A stretch of 64,000 bases of DNA, taken from positions 1,364,001 to 1,428,000 of the forward strand of contig OZ176051.1 in NCBI GenBank assembly GCA_964247055.1, written 5' to 3'. Made by a program: the position numbers and the translations under genes. This stretch comes from Paragordius varius. Lineage: Eukaryota; Animalia; Nematomorpha. Below the pieces are notes generated by a model. The model was not told the origin of the DNA and did no database searches. It worked only from the letters and a program-made list of their open reading frames with translations. Of the stretch, positions 38,518 to 52,898 are shown piece by piece (the stretch's first letter is position 1; each line of letters starts with the position of its first letter).

Positions 38518-40201
38518 GGATGGATAATTTTAGGACTCCATATTCGGAGTTTTGTATCCACGAAGTAGCTTCCTCCATAAATTACGATCTTTACATTGTT
38601 CTGTGGAAAGGCTACGTTGATTCAAGTTCATTTTTATATTATCATAATAAGAAAAGAGTGGTCGTCCCTTTCTTCTATTCCCATCAACATTAATGTTTTC
38701 AACTGTTTTTAACGGATGGGTGGCGTCTCTTCTCTGAGTATGACCGTATAGACGCAATCTGTTTATTTGAATTATATAATCGATTTTATCGGTTTTTTTT
38801 AATGAAAATTGGTAATTCTGGTGTACGAAAGCAGCTTTTGAGTATTCGGTTCTCACTGGTTAGGAGTTTTGTTTGATTTATTTTGTTAATGCCCAGGTTT
38901 CAGAACCATAGGTAAGAGCAGGTCTTATTCCTACCTTGTAAAGATACCATTTACGATTGTTAACATTTTTTTGGAAAACATATTTTAACTGATTATATTT
39001 TATCCAACCTTGTTGTATTTTTCTTTTGATAGCCTTTTGTGGGTGATGATATGGCATCTCCTAGGTATACGAAAGAGTCAACCAATTCGATGTCATGTCC
39101 ATCAATGTTAAGTAGCTTTGGTCGATTAAAATTATTATTGCCTGGGTCTAAGCAATTTAAACATTTAAAATTTATTACATTTGTTAACTTGTCTTTTATT
39201 TTAGAGCACTTTTTGTGTACCCACATTTGACATGATATACATTTAATGGAATTCGAACGTACTTCTTTACTGCAAATGGAACAGGGGTATCTGGGTGTTT
39301 CACTTTCACCCGTTATCATTATTTTTGTTTTTGTGGCGTTTATAATCATTCCATATTGTTCGAGGCATTTCTTCCACATGGTATATGTATTTACCATTTG
39401 ATCCCATGATCGTGTCGTTATCACGAGGTCGTCGGCGAATAACATTTCCCAAGGGCATTCAGTTCTTATGTCTTGCGTTGCCGCATCCATTATAGTTATA
39501 AAAAGGAGTGGACTTAGGACTGAACCCTGATGTAGTCCAGCATTGGTTGGGAAATTGCTTTACCGATATTGGTTCTAATGTTGGTTGTTGTATTTTTGTA
39601 AAGAAATAGTAAGATTTGTATGGTGTGTTCCTCTATTCCGTTTTTACGTAGTGCCCATTGAATTGTGGAGCGTGGTATTTGATCAAACGCACGTTCCAGA
39701 TCTACAAAGACATGGTATAGCTTTTGTTTCTTTTCCAGATATTTATTGTAAGCGTCTTAGGATAAACAAGGGATCTATTGTGCTACTGTTTGGACGGAAT
39801 GCAAACTGATTCGAATCTATGTTTAAATGTTTTCTCAGCCTGTTTTCTAATATATTTTCGAATATTTTCAGTGTGTGTTCCAGAAGTTTTAAAGGTCGGT
39901 AGGACGATGTTTTTAGTCGATCGCCTATATTTTTATAAATGGGGATTATTATGCTGTTCTTCCAATCGCTGGGAGTTTGGTTTGTAATTATTATTTGGTT
40001 TAAGAGTATTGTCAGATACTCAACACCTATTGCCACCTCCCCGTGGTGTTGGCCGGGGCAGGAAAATGCGCTAACGGCAAAGGCCAGTTTTCTAATGATC
40101 TGTAAAATCATTAGTTGTACACAAGGGCATGTGATACGTAAAAATTGCCTCAATAAACCATGAAGTATAATAATAATATGAATATGAAAGAACACTAAAA
40201 C
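38518..40201 (-). mobile_element. RTE-type non-LTR retrotransposon, second copy of the same insertion as 6646-8340
   Basis: Same TSD (38505-38517 CTTAGCGTGGGTT; 40202-40214 CTTAGCGCGGGTT) and same ends. Encodes YRPLKLLEH, QFAFRP, MLFADDLV and the PHD-like CSIC...WVHKKC...CLNC, with frameshifts. Confidence 0.93.
40030..40080 (+). ncRNA. Truncated HDV-like self-cleaving ribozyme core inside the inverted 5' segment of the LINE
   Basis: TTGCC (P2 5') ACC TCCCCGT GGT GTTGGCC GG G GCA GGAAAA TGC GCTAA C GGCAA. The order and motifs match the nested double pseudoknot. The P1 5' strand is absent and there is one extra base before the P2 3' strand. Confidence 0.55.
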
Positions 40202-41945
40202 CTTAGCGCGGGTTATAGATTAAAAATGAAAAAAATGTTAACATAGGGTAACTAAAAAAATATTATAATATTCTGACAGAATTTTATATCTGGAATATAA
40301 CGGTGCTTTTGGTTTTGGAGCTTGCGAGTGAAAGAAAGTTATCTACACTTCGGCAAGTGGTCCATATCAGAAAATGGCAAAATTCGCACTCATTTTTTTG
40401 AATAAATATTTTTAGTGAGAGCTAAAAGCTTCATTCCAAAAAATATCACTAAAAATTATGAACTTCATATAAAAAGCAAAAAAAATTCAATTTTTTGATG
40501 TGGGCTTCGAAAGTCCCAAAATCTTTTCGCTCCTCTAAAATGTCTAGTTTCCTTAAAATAAACGCTAAAATGGAGAGCTTACGCGATAAAAATTTTAAAT
40601 ATATGCTAAATTTTGATAACACTAAAAATATTTTTTAAAAATGCATACTATTTTAAAAATTTAATTTTTGCAAAACTTTGTTGAAGCATACTTTATACTA
40701 TCTTGAGACAATATGGAAACGGTATAAAAACGCTTTAAGACACTATAAAACACATTTTTAAATTAGATGCTGCTTAATTTTTTACCTGAGAATTTTAGTA
40801 CAAAGCGTTTGCTTAATTGGGGAGTTTTTGTAATAAAACACATATTTGCTTAATCTTGAAGACCTGGATCCTGTGGTGTATGATTAACAATCATTTTTAA
40901 TAAAATACTGTACATAAACATACTAAAACTAAGTTTTGTTAGTGGCGCTGGTTAAACCGTGGTAAAAAATTTAACAATCCATATAAATGCATTGGTTTTT
41001 ATGGTGGAGCGAGCGCTTTTAAAAATGGAATTGTTTTCTGAAATTTTTATCCCGATAGAACTTTGATTAAAACAGACCCATATCTAGACCAATTATAGTT
41101 TTATCCAAATAATTGACATCATATTAAATATTTTGTACTCTTTTCATATAAGTTTAAATTTTAGATATATGGCCTTGTCATTTGATTCATGGGTCGTATG
41201 AACAAATCACTTATGATTTTATCGAATAGAACAGGATGGCATTACATTTTTTGATTATGGCAATGATTGTATTATAATTCAATATTAATAATCAATATAT
41301 TAACATGCGAAAAGTGGCTAAAACGAATGTATATATATATTTTTATCATAATCTACACAGATTGATAAACTTTGCTATTGATAGATTAGTAAGTTTTTTT
41401 ACCCATAATTAAGGGATATTTGACCTTCCAGATTTAAAAATATATCAACGGAATGGCGCATATATAAATGAAATGTAAGACTATAACTAAAACAAACCTA
41501 TATGTTTTTTTGGTAAATTGTATAAAAATATTGTAAAAGCTTTTAGATAAATACGACATAATGACGTTACTAGAGGTAAAAATTGTTAATAAAATACATT
41601 TATTTTTGACAACTATTAAAATACATATTTTAGCCCCTTGAGATAGTTTTCGACAATTATACATCCGTGTATCTATGCATATTTTAATAATTTAATTCCC
41701 ATGATATAACCCAAGAGACATCCATGAATTTGTATAAATAAGATTAAAAACGAGAGTCGCCATAATATAATTTTCATTTAATCGGTAAAAAATGTTTGAT
41801 CAACACTATTAATCACACATCGGAAATAATATATATGTTAGTTTTTAATTTTCGCTATTAAATTGATGATTTTTATAAATAACGCCTAGATATTTATACA
41901 ATATTATATATAATATCATAAGAACGTAATTACTATTTTAGAATT

Positions 41946-42497
41946 ATGAGTTTTAACAATTTAACATTGGTCGTAACTACAATACCGTATTGGTATGGGG
42001 TAGGGGAGGTGAAATATTGTTTTTATGAAAAAAGACATTATAAATATTCACTTCTACAATATTATTCATGGCGCCCAGATACTTTGGAATGGGAAAGAAT
42101 TGTTTTAACCGAAGATCAGTTGACGAAAAAAATTGAACCCTTTTATGGTCATTATATTTTACATATAAAATATCCAGAAATTAGAGAAATCATAAACAGT
42201 AATAGTTATAAGGAACAAGATTATACAAATGTTGATGGTAATGATAGGAATAAAGTTGCAAACATCATAAAAGAATATGTTGAAAAATACAAAGCCATGC
42301 AGAATAATGAATTGAAAACTGCTATAAATTCATTGCCAATCAAATTATTTGAACAGTCTACGGATGTAACCACAGAACTTACAAATGTAGATCTTATCGA
42401 TGATTCGACTGAAATTTCTTCCAGAAAATTTAACAGTTGGTGGCTTTTTACAGAATGTTATTTTAATAATCCGTTATATACCATGAATATGCATTAA
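41946..42497 (+). CDS. Orphan protein ORF (183 aa), function unknown
   Basis: Open frame with a net 3-nt indel relative to the 184-aa copies. Confidence 0.78.
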   Translation: MSFNNLTLVVTTIPYWYGVGEVKYCFYEKRHYKYSLLQYYSWRPDTLEWERIVLTEDQLTKKIEPFYGHYILHIKYPEIREIINSNSYKEQDYTNVDGNDRNKVANIIKEYVEKYKAMQNNELKTAINSLPIKLFEQSTDVTTELTNVDLIDDSTEISSRKFNSWWLFTECYFNNPLYTMNMH

Positions 42498-42546
42498 GAG
42501 AATTTTCTGGATTTTTTAATAAAACAATTACTAAACACAACATTTA

Positions 42547-45500
42547 TTAGTTACAAGGGCACGGTCTAGAAACCAAAGGTTTTTGTCTATATCGAGAACA
42601 TATGCTATCATCAATTAAATCTTTTAGCGACGGGTCTTTGACACAAAAAACTGACCGATACTGTAATGTTGGGCTGAAATATAGAGATGATTCATTTTTT
42701 GAATGGTATAATGGAAAAGTTGTATTAGCTTCCTTTGTTGTTTCGCGGCAAAAACAAGGTTGCCAGTATCCTAACCACCAAAAAGGGAGGCAAGTAAAAT
42801 TATTGCATTTTCGGGATAAAACAGCTTTAGGTTTTGGTTGAGGACAAAGTTTATCGCTCACTTTGAGTCCAGATATGGAATTGGCACAAAAATAAGCCTT
42901 ATTTTGTGTGCCACCCCATTTGTTGTTATTATTAGAATTTTCAAAACTACATTTTTTATTGCATGGACTCCAATCAGTTAATGCCCAGATGTATGATGCG
43001 TTGGTGAGATCATTGGAATTTAAACTTATGTTTGACTTTACAGATTTGTGATAATAGGTGACAGAAATATTGATTGAAACATTTAACTGAGTAATAAGAA
43101 CATAAACGATCAGATCTTTTTCGAGTGGACCCACGATAGAAATAAATTCTTGCTGACTTTTTTTGGTTGAAGTATAGTTATAAACGACGGCTTTTACAGC
43201 CGATGAACTTTTTACTATATGCACCCCAAACCAGGTGATTGTTAAATTGCCATTAAGCATATATTCGGCATCTTGTGCATAAGCCAGAGCTAGATAATTA
43301 GCATTCTCACTCATTTCTTGAATGGTTATTTGTGTTGCATCTTTTGGAATGGTTGTTACACTCAAATACGAGCTTGCATTGTTCTCCAAAAAACTATTCT
43401 CAACTTGACTTGTGTTTAGAAAAACATAATTTTCCACTTTTTTGCAATTTTTATTGCGTCCATCACAGATGAGACAATTATCTTTCCTAGCTCGGCTCTC
43501 GAGTCGTCGATCGCAAGCTATCGGATGACAAAGTCCTTCTATACAAACACCATCTATAAACATACGAATCATTAAGATAAAAAGAAATAGTAATAAGCTT
43601 AAAGAGTTTCCTATTATCCAGCTTTTGTTAATTAAAACTGGAGGAGTTAAAGAAAATCGTTTATTTTACTTATGCACCGTTTACCCGATTAAAAAATAGT
43701 ATTTTAACCAATATTTGTAATATATTTGCAAATAACTTTACTTACTGTATTCGATATCATTTTTAATTTCTAGTGGCGTCTGTTCAAAACTAGCACTTCC
43801 CATATTACACAATGTCCCATCTCGTAAACTGTGAGCATAGGAATCGATCCTTTCTAAGCTAACATTTTTCGTAATATTTGGATGTGAAATTAAACTTTGA
43901 GATTCATTTAGTTTTTCCTCGTTTGGCACGGATGATTGATATTCCGATTGAATATTTTTGCAGTTTAAGTGACAGGCAGGAGCGCCATACATGATGGTTT
44001 GATGGTCAAAAATCCAAGTTGAATTGCATATTCCTTTAACTTTACATCCATACTCCTGACATTGGTAATTAGGATTGTATTCTGCTCAAATAGATTTCAA
44101 TTGATTATTTATAAATTAAAACAAAAATTGAAATTATACGGACAAAATGTAACAATTTTTTTCAAAAGACAACCATACTTTTTAAAACCCTAATTTATCC
44201 TATAAAAAAACATTTGATTAAATCGTAAAATACATAAAATTGATTGTGATACCAATTTACATTTCTATAATATACTTTGTAGTTTAAAACAATGAATTCT
44301 ATTTAAAAAATTTAAAATTAAAAAAGTATGGTTGTCTTTTAGAAAAATATTTGTCTTTATGTTTCACGTTTGTCCGTATAAAGCTGTTGATATATTAATG
44401 TTTTGCCAGAGTTCCTATATAATAACAATTTGAAAATTATAATTATAGGTTTTTATAAATTTATATATAAGTTGAATTAAGCACCAAATAAGAAAAATAC
44501 AGATTATAATATATTTCAATGCCATCAGATACAAATTTATCGTTGACTCTAAAAATAATATTATCAATATTTTGAGATTTCAGGCTGTTACCTTCTTGCA
44601 AAGTGCTTAGATGCGCCTTAATATACGACGATTCCCCTATTCCGACTCTAATCCGAACGAAAATTTATTACTTTTAATATGATTAACGTATGGTGCAAAG
44701 TTAACTCTTATACAACTGACATAAAGATATCTGTTTTTTAAAATATAATATTTAGATAAAAAACTTAACTTTTATTAATTATAGTGTTTTCATAATATTA
44801 CCTTCATACTCATTTTCTTTCTTACAATCCCTTAAGTTGCATGTTTTATAGCGGGTTTTTCGACCAACACAAAAGGTCCCGTCGTTTGTCGGACTTTATT
44901 AATTTATTAGATATGATCAAATATAACTTCAAATTCACCCTTAAGCAATTCAAATTTACCCTTATACAATTCAAATTAACCCTAAAATTATGTGTTTTTA
45001 AAGATTAAATATATTTTTTTACATTTTTAAAAATGAAATTTTATGTAAAATTTAAAACCTAGATATATTTTATATTAATGATGAGTTATATTAGCCCGAT
45101 AAGACAATTCATTTTTAGGGTGAATTTAAATTGTAAATGGTATATTACTAATTCTGATTATAGAATAAAGGGTATATAAAAAAAATGATTCTATATTACA
45201 TATTGGTTATAAGATATTTTTAATCCAAATATTACTTTGATTGGAGGCCCTTAATTTAGAAAATATGGTAAAATATTAAATTATCATATTAATCGAATTA
45301 GAAAACATAAATAATAAATAAATTATTACTAGATCGAAACAATTTCGTTGATATTAATTTTCTTAAACCATAAATAATTTACGTGGGATTATCACATGCC
45401 CGAGTTGATTTGGAAAGACCTATACCGCAAGATTTACTACACGGAGTCCAAGGGCCCCAATGTCCCCAATTTCCTATTTGTTGGAAAATTTTATCATTAA

Positions 45501-48162
45501 GTTGTCTTAGAGTCTGAGTTACTGCAATACATTCCTTATTGTAACACCATTTATTAACTCCACAATAGGTCCCATCCTCAACCATTTTCATTTTACTGAT
45601 GCATTTACCATTCACTTTACACCAGAGTGTACCACTGCATATATCCTGTTCTCGTTATCAATCAAAAGTGAGAAATTTTGAGCAAATTTACAAATAATAT
45701 AACCGTAATATTTCATTTTATTTTATCTTTTGTAAAATATTAATCAAAATTATGAAGCAAATCACACCGTAAAATCTTTTAAAATACTATGATATATTTT
45801 ATATATAATTTTAGTGTCTTAGAAATTTCATAATTGTGTTAAATTTAAAATATTGTACAAATAAATATATATTATTGAGTGTATCTCTAAAATAAAAGTT
45901 AATTAAATAACAAAATTCAAATTAATAATATAATTAACCATCCAAATTTTGGGGGTAGATTGCGATTCCAAAATATTTAAACAAAATTTTATTTAGAATT
46001 TTGATATAAACAGAAAATAAATTACCACCTTTTGGGACAAAAAAATCAATTATAATAATAATTATGACCTTAAAATTTGAAATATGTAAGGATTATATCT
46101 GTGGACGAACTTTGAATATTTATATATGTATATATAAATCAAATTTATATTTTTAGTACGAAAATATTAATATTACTTCTATACCGGGACAGTAAGTGGT
46201 ATTTCGTAGGCCCATGTTTAATTGGCATTGGTGATCTAAGTTGTATTGAGTTCCCAAAAAATCGGTGGCTATTTTGGCATTCAAAACTGGATCGAAGGGT
46301 TTAAAGTGTAAAATGGTAAAATTTCGATAAACATCCAGAAATATTGAAGGTGTATCTATAGAGTCTATGGTTAAATTTTTTATGATATGACTTAAATTTT
46401 TTTCTTGTCCATCCACAGTTTTCAAATGTTGAATTAAGTGTTGGGACAAATTCTTTTCATAAGCCTCTGTGTCGGTGACTGTCACATATTCAGTAAAGGG
46501 TTCAATATATAATAACATTGACTCCTTTTCTATGATAGTTTTTTGTGGATGGGTGGAGGACATATTTTCGCTATTTGCCTTTAAACAATCTGCATTTTGT
46601 TTTTGAATGAAACCGGTTAACTCTTGATAACTACAATTGGACCATATAAGATCGGCCTCTAAACTTTGGGGTAACTGAGAATCCATAATGTATGGCATTT
46701 TTTTGGATTCATTATTTTGCTTTTTTTGACTTCGATTAACATTGTGCCTTAAACAAAATTCCATTGTATCATGTTTCATACCTAATCTAACACCAACAGA
46801 AACAACAATAGATGGCCAATAAAGTATATAACTTTTTCAAAAAAAATATTTTAATTAAGGCCCATTTGAATTTATTATTTTGGATGTCATATTTTACAGT
46901 AAAACTTTTGTTGTAGATAAATTATTTTTTGTTATAAAGTATTAAAACCGCATGTATTATCAATTTTGAAACCATGAAATTCAGATATGTTTAGAAACAT
47001 GAAAAAAACTTTATTAATGTTAATAAAATGGTTTTTTACTATACATGCATATAAAAAGTTATATCTTAGGATCATCTTGTATTTTAGCTAGGATTCCCAA
47101 ACCGCTAACACACCTTTAAATGCTGATTATAAAGTAAAATACAGCATTTTTGCCCTTTATATTTTAAGTATTTGGTATTTTCTTAAGAAACTTATTTAAT
47201 TTTCTTTTGCTCAAAAATATTCCCCCAAAATAGTTTTTTCCTATCTCAAGTTTTAATGAAGTAATTTACAAATGTCCAAATTCATGTGCAATGGTGAATG
47301 CTGTGCTTAGTCCAGTATCTTCTGCAATGACACAACTTCTGCCATTCTGACAAATGGAACCGACTTCGGCCATTCCTAAAGTATTACAAGGCGTGTAATT
47401 CTGAGCGCATAAATCTAATCTAGTACAAATTATGCAACATCCTTAAGAATGTGAAATCAACTTTTTATTTAATAAGCAAACACTTTTTAAATATAATTGT
47501 TCAGTTTATTTACCTCATTTCTAAAACTTGTAATTGCAAAAAATAATTCTATGAAGGAAAAAATACTTTGTTATCATGATGGCCACGTGATAAGATGGAA
47601 CCAAGTGACTTTTATTGAATAATGTGTATTGCCAAGCACAGAAGCTTTTTAAGTAATCATCAGCATTGATTGTCATATTAACGGATTTAGGCTTAATGTT
47701 ATAAAATTGATGATTATAAAAAAAATATTAAAAAAATTTAAAAATTACGATTGTCTTCAAATGTATCATAGAGTTCCATTCTATGGTAAGAGGGAATCCA
47801 AAACTTGAACGTTTAAATATGGAGTTAACCTTAATGTATAAATTATGTTAACCTAATCGTATTTAAAATTAACGAAAATCCCAGATTGGTTAAGATAAGG
47901 TTGAAATATATATATAAAATTTGAATTATACGGATTTTAAAAACATAAAGATAATTTAACTTACCGAATGCATCAAAGTATATATGTAAGCTTCAATATC
48001 ATAATTTTTGTAATGCAAAACAAAAGATTGATCAGTAAAAACTATGGCTTTGATTATCATCGCCTCTAACATTGTGGATGTGATGTGGGACGCTGAATCT
48101 TCTGTAATAGAATTAGCGTAGATTATATAAAAACAATGCAAACTCAAAAGCAGAAAATGCAT
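42547..48162 (-). CDS. ADAMTS-type secreted metalloprotease copy E, apparently intact
   Basis: All 9 exons have GT-AG sites and open frames; the zinc motif here is HEFGHLLGMKHD. Confidence 0.88.
44929..45141. mobile_element. MITE family 1 in ADAMTS-E intron 6, left end truncated
   Basis: Subterminal repeats and right TIR are present at the same site as in C, D and F; the left start is approximate. Confidence 0.7.
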
Positions 48163-48498
48163 TTTTAAATACTTTTAATTTAACGTAAAAGATTTTTTTC
48201 TTACAATGGCATCGCACCAAATGTTATTCAGAATATGCTGCATTAACTTAATATTTGCTTTTAATGAAAATATTCAATGGCTCATATTTCCATACTTATG
48301 CCTATATGAATAGTACATACTCTATATGTATTTATACTTATACATTGTTGCAAAAGATAATTGTTTATATCAAACACAAACACATTAATTTGAGTGTGGG
48401 AAATGGAAGTTAGTATGGTGGTGAGAAGTTGACTGTTTTATTGAAAACGCGTTAGGCAGTTTGAGTAAATTTACACTTGTTTTGTCGTACAATTTGAG

Positions 48499-50431
48499 AT
48501 GGAAACAGATAATAATGAAATGGGAAATGAACAAAAAGGTCCTCCAATCCTACCTCCCCCATATAAGGAAGAAATTGAACCTCAAGCTCCAATGTTGGAA
48601 AACAATAATGGAGCCATTATATATCCAAATACTACTCAATTAATAACGCAAAATCAAACATCGGCTGCCTTTCAGAATGGTTATTTATAATAAAATAAAA
48701 TTTTTTTGCAGGATACAACCATCATGGCATTCCTCAACCCGTTTTTTATCCGCCACATCCACCTGTGGTTAGTTTTTTTTATTTTTTGATTAATAATTTA
48801 TAAAATGTCTTTTTTATATATCAAAAAGATTGTCCACCAATGTTATAACGGTAAATCAACTAAACTTATTATTTCAATTTTATTAATTAATACATTTGCA
48901 TTCATTTTATTGTATTTGTTTTTTATTACGTTTGGTTTAAATAATTTATAACATACAGCTATCTTTGAAGGCTTTGGCATTTAAGCATGGCTATTCTGAC
49001 TAACATGAAATGGTTAAGATAGATATATGTAAAATAAAATCAATAAAAAAAGAGACGTCTTATTGTTGTTTTTTGTTTTCTAAGGACGATATTCAATATT
49101 GCGCAATTATTCTTTTACCATGGGTCAAACACCAGATGTAATTATTAAAAATATTTTTTAATATTTTTATTTACAATTTTTATAAAAATATAAATGTTTG
49201 TATAAAAATTTAAATATTTTTAAAATATTTTCAGAAATATTTCCTATAATGAATGATCAGAAAAAAGATAACAGTGTGAAGAAAATGATATGAAATCACA
49301 CTTTAGCCTTCCTTATCTTTGAAATATGTATATTATTGGTTATTATTTTGTAATGTGTGATTAGAAATTAATTTTGTAAACGCATAATTTAATTTCATTT
49401 CCAAAGTTTTACTTAAACCTACTATTTTGATCAATATTACTGATTTATAGAATATCGTGATTAGATGATGACTTTGATAAACCAAAAACACTAGAAATAT
49501 CTTTAGATACTATAGTCATAACGTAAGATATGATGAACTTTAGTTTAAGCAATAACCAAATATGGTTTGAAAAATTTAAATTAACGAGAATTATTATTGG
49601 CCATTTTGGTATTTAAATCGTCTAGAAAGAATAATTTTCATGTCTCTCTGTTGCATATGAAATTTTTAATTTTATTAGTTAAATATTTACCTCTCTAAAT
49701 ATCCGATAAAAAGAAAATAATTACGATTTTTACGACTTTTATTACATTTTCTATTCGACTAGGTTACGGGAATGCGAGGTTTCGGTTATTATTTTCGCTA
49801 AAATAAAACGTTTTATATAAAGTATATATTTAAAATATTTTAACCAATATTTTATTATATTTTTTAATTGCTAAAATTTTACCAAGTCACCGAGATTTAA
49901 TAAAAGAAAACAACAAAAATAATACTCCTAAGCAAAATGAGTAGCTATTAGCCATTTCTGTTATGATTGTTTATCTAAAGATTTTTACTGTGCCAACTTA
50001 AAAAACTATATACCCGATTTCTATTAATATGCGTAAATTCGAAAAAAAGTTTGATACATCCCTTTGAATACCTGATTTAAATTAACGTTCGAACTATAAA
50101 GAAATCTTTAAAAGATTAAAATGTATATTTTTAAGCTTTTTAATTAGTTTGCCTTCATATTCGGTTAAAATTCGGAATCTGAATATAGACTACCCCAAAT
50201 TGAATAAAATATTTTATAATTATTTTTTATGACCATTTTCATTATTTTGTAGCAACACACTTTGATGGTTGACGCGGTTGCTCAAAGGCCGATTGCTCCA
50301 ACTACAACAGTTATAACCACTACGAAAGAGTAAATATTAATTTATTTTATCTTAGAACCGGTAATAATCATTGTCTGCATGCTATTATCAGCATTTTCTT
50401 CTTCCCCTGGATTTTTGTTTGGTTTTGGTAA
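48499..50431 (+). CDS. Small Pro-rich PPxY-motif protein with C-terminal hydrophobic segment (BRI3/LITAF-like architecture), about 130 aa, only complete copy
   Basis: Exons 48499-48679, 48712-48767, 50253-50329 and 50356-50431 join in phase to ...PPPYKEE...GYNHHGIPQPVFYPPHPPV-QHTLMVDAVAQRPIAPTTTVITTTKE-TGNNHCLHAIISIFFFPWIFVWFW*. A further splice at TG|GTAAAT (50428) cannot be excluded. The family assignment is by architecture only. Confidence 0.78.
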
Positions 50432-52057
50432 ATAGTTTATTTTTGCATTTATAATTTGATAAAATAACAGGCCTGGGGTATCTAACTACCCCAATTTGTG
50501 TCGAAGGACTAAAATGAGTGTGTTGTATCCAAGTGTTAAACCATGATTGAAAATCAGATGTTTGTATCAATCGAGTTTTGGAAATATGGCAACTCTGGAT
50601 TAGATGATAATAAAAAATATAAGCTCTTTTATGTATTTTATGAGCAGAATATTTGATCAAAAATTTAAACCAAAAAAACATTTAAATCAGTGGTTGCACA
50701 ATATTTGATTAAAAAATTAAACCAAAATAACATTTCAAGCAGTGATTTATTTAGATGAAGCTTAGCGTGAATTATATATATGAAAATGGAAAAGAAAAGT
50801 GTAGCTAAAAAAATATTACAATATTCTGACAGATTAATATATCAGGATATAACAGTGCTTTGGTTTGAGCTTGCGAGTAAAAGAAAGTTATTTACACTTT
50901 GACAAGTGGTCCATATCAGAAAATGGCAAAATTCGCAATCATTTTTTTGAATAAAATTTTTTAGTGAGAACTAAAAGCTTCAAAAATATCACTAAAAGTT
51001 ATAAAAAATTAAATTTTTTGACGTGGGCTCTGAAAGTCGCAAATTTTCGCTCTTCTAAAATGGGCTAGTTTTCTTAAAATAAACGCTAAATGCAGAGATT
51101 GCGCGATAAAAAAATTTTTATATATGCAAAATTTTGGTATCAACTAAATATTTTTATAAAGTGCATAAAAAATTATATTTTTGCAAAACTTTGTTGAAGC
51201 ATCCTTAACTATGTTGAGGCATTATGGAAACGGTATAAAGACGCTTTAAGACATTATAAAACACATTTTCTAGATGCTGCTTAACATTTTTTTACCTCAG
51301 AATTTTAGTACAAAGCGTTTGCTTAAGTGGTAAATTTTTGTAAAAAACACATATTGGCTTTATCTTAAAGACTTGGTTCCTGTGGTGTGTGATTAACAAC
51401 CATTTTTAAAAAAACGAACATACTAAAACTAAGTTTTGTTAGTGGCTCTGGTTTAACCGCGGTCATAAAAATTTAACAATCCATATAAAACCATTAAATT
51501 TTCCGGTTTTTATGGTGGAGCGAGCGCTAAATGGAATTGTTTTCTAAAAAAATTTTCCCGAAACTTTGATTAAAACAGACCCAAACCTAAATTATAATTT
51601 ATCCAAATATTGACACATAATTAAATATTTTTTTATTCTTTTCATCTAGATTAAATTTTAGATATATGGCTTTGTCATTTAATTCATGAGTCGAAGGCTA
51701 TGAACAAATCACTTATGATTTTATCGATAGAACAGAATGGCATAAAGAAATTTTTGATTATGGCAATGATTGTATTATAATTCACAATATCAATAATCAT
51801 TATATTACATGCGAAAAGTGGCTAAAACGAATGTATATATATTTGTAACATAATCTACACAGATTGATAAACTCTGCTATTGCTAGATTAGTAAGTTGTT
51901 TACCCATAATTAAGGGATATTTGACCTTCAGATTTAAAAATACATCAACGGAATGGCGCATATGAGACTATAACTAAAACAAATCTATATGTTTTTTGGT
52001 AAATTGTATAAAAATATTATAAAATCTTTTAGATAAATAAGACAGATATTTATATAT

Positions 52058-52283
52058 ACCATTGACAATTCAAATTTACCCAAACAATTCAAATTCACCC
52101 TCAAATAAATTATATGTTTTTTAATATAAAAATTTACCTTATATTAATATTAAAAAATAATAAAATATGCCACAAAGATATATTTCATATAAGATTATAT
52201 TAGTTTGAAAGCACATTTAAGGGTTAATTTGAATTGGAGGGTGAATAATAATTGTTCAAAGGTGAATTTGAACTGTAAATGGT
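52058..52283. mobile_element. TA-flanked MITE (family 1), site upstream of the orphan ORF
   Basis: ACCATTGACAATTCAAATT...GTAAATGGT. Confidence 0.82.
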
Positions 52284-52343
52284 ATAATAAAAATTTACTG
52301 TTAATTTATAATTTTATAAGAACGTATTTACCATTTTAGAATT

Positions 52344-52898
52344 ATGAGTTTTAACAATTTAACATTGGTCGCGCTAACTTCAATACCGTATTGGTATGGG
52401 GTAGGGGAGGTGAAATATTGTTTTTATGAAAAAAGACATTACAAACATTCACTTCAACAATATTATTCATGGCGCCCAGATATTTTGGAATGGGAAAGAA
52501 TTGTTTTAACCGAAGATCAGCTGATGAAAAAAATTGAACCCTTTTATAGTCATTATATTTTACATATAAAATATCCAGAAATTAGAGAAATCATATACAG
52601 TAATAGTTATAAGGAACAAGATTATTCAAATGTTGATGGTAATGATAGGAATAAAGTTGCAAACATCATAAAAGAATATGTTGATAAATACAAAGCCATG
52701 CAGAATAATGAATTGAAAACTGCTATAAATTCATTGTCAATCAAATTATTTGAACAGTCTACGGATGTAACCACAGAACTTACAAATGTAGATCTTATCG
52801 ATGATTCGACTGAAATTTTTTCAAGAAAATTTAACAGTTGGTGGCTTTTTACAGAATGTTATTTCAATAATCCGCTGTATACCATGAATATGCATTAA
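52344..52898 (+). CDS. Orphan protein ORF (184 aa), function unknown
   Basis: Open frame conserved across the array. Confidence 0.78.
   Translation: MSFNNLTLVALTSIPYWYGVGEVKYCFYEKRHYKHSLQQYYSWRPDILEWERIVLTEDQLMKKIEPFYSHYILHIKYPEIREIIYSNSYKEQDYSNVDGNDRNKVANIIKEYVDKYKAMQNNELKTAINSLSIKLFEQSTDVTTELTNVDLIDDSTEIFSRKFNSWWLFTECYFNNPLYTMNMH

Noticed and set aside
39743-40195. N-terminal part of the LINE ORF (MFFHIHIIIILHGLLRQF...) as genuine LINE protein
   Set aside because: RT similarity starts only at IGVEYLT; the upstream part is an antisense read-through of the inverted ribozyme-containing segment.
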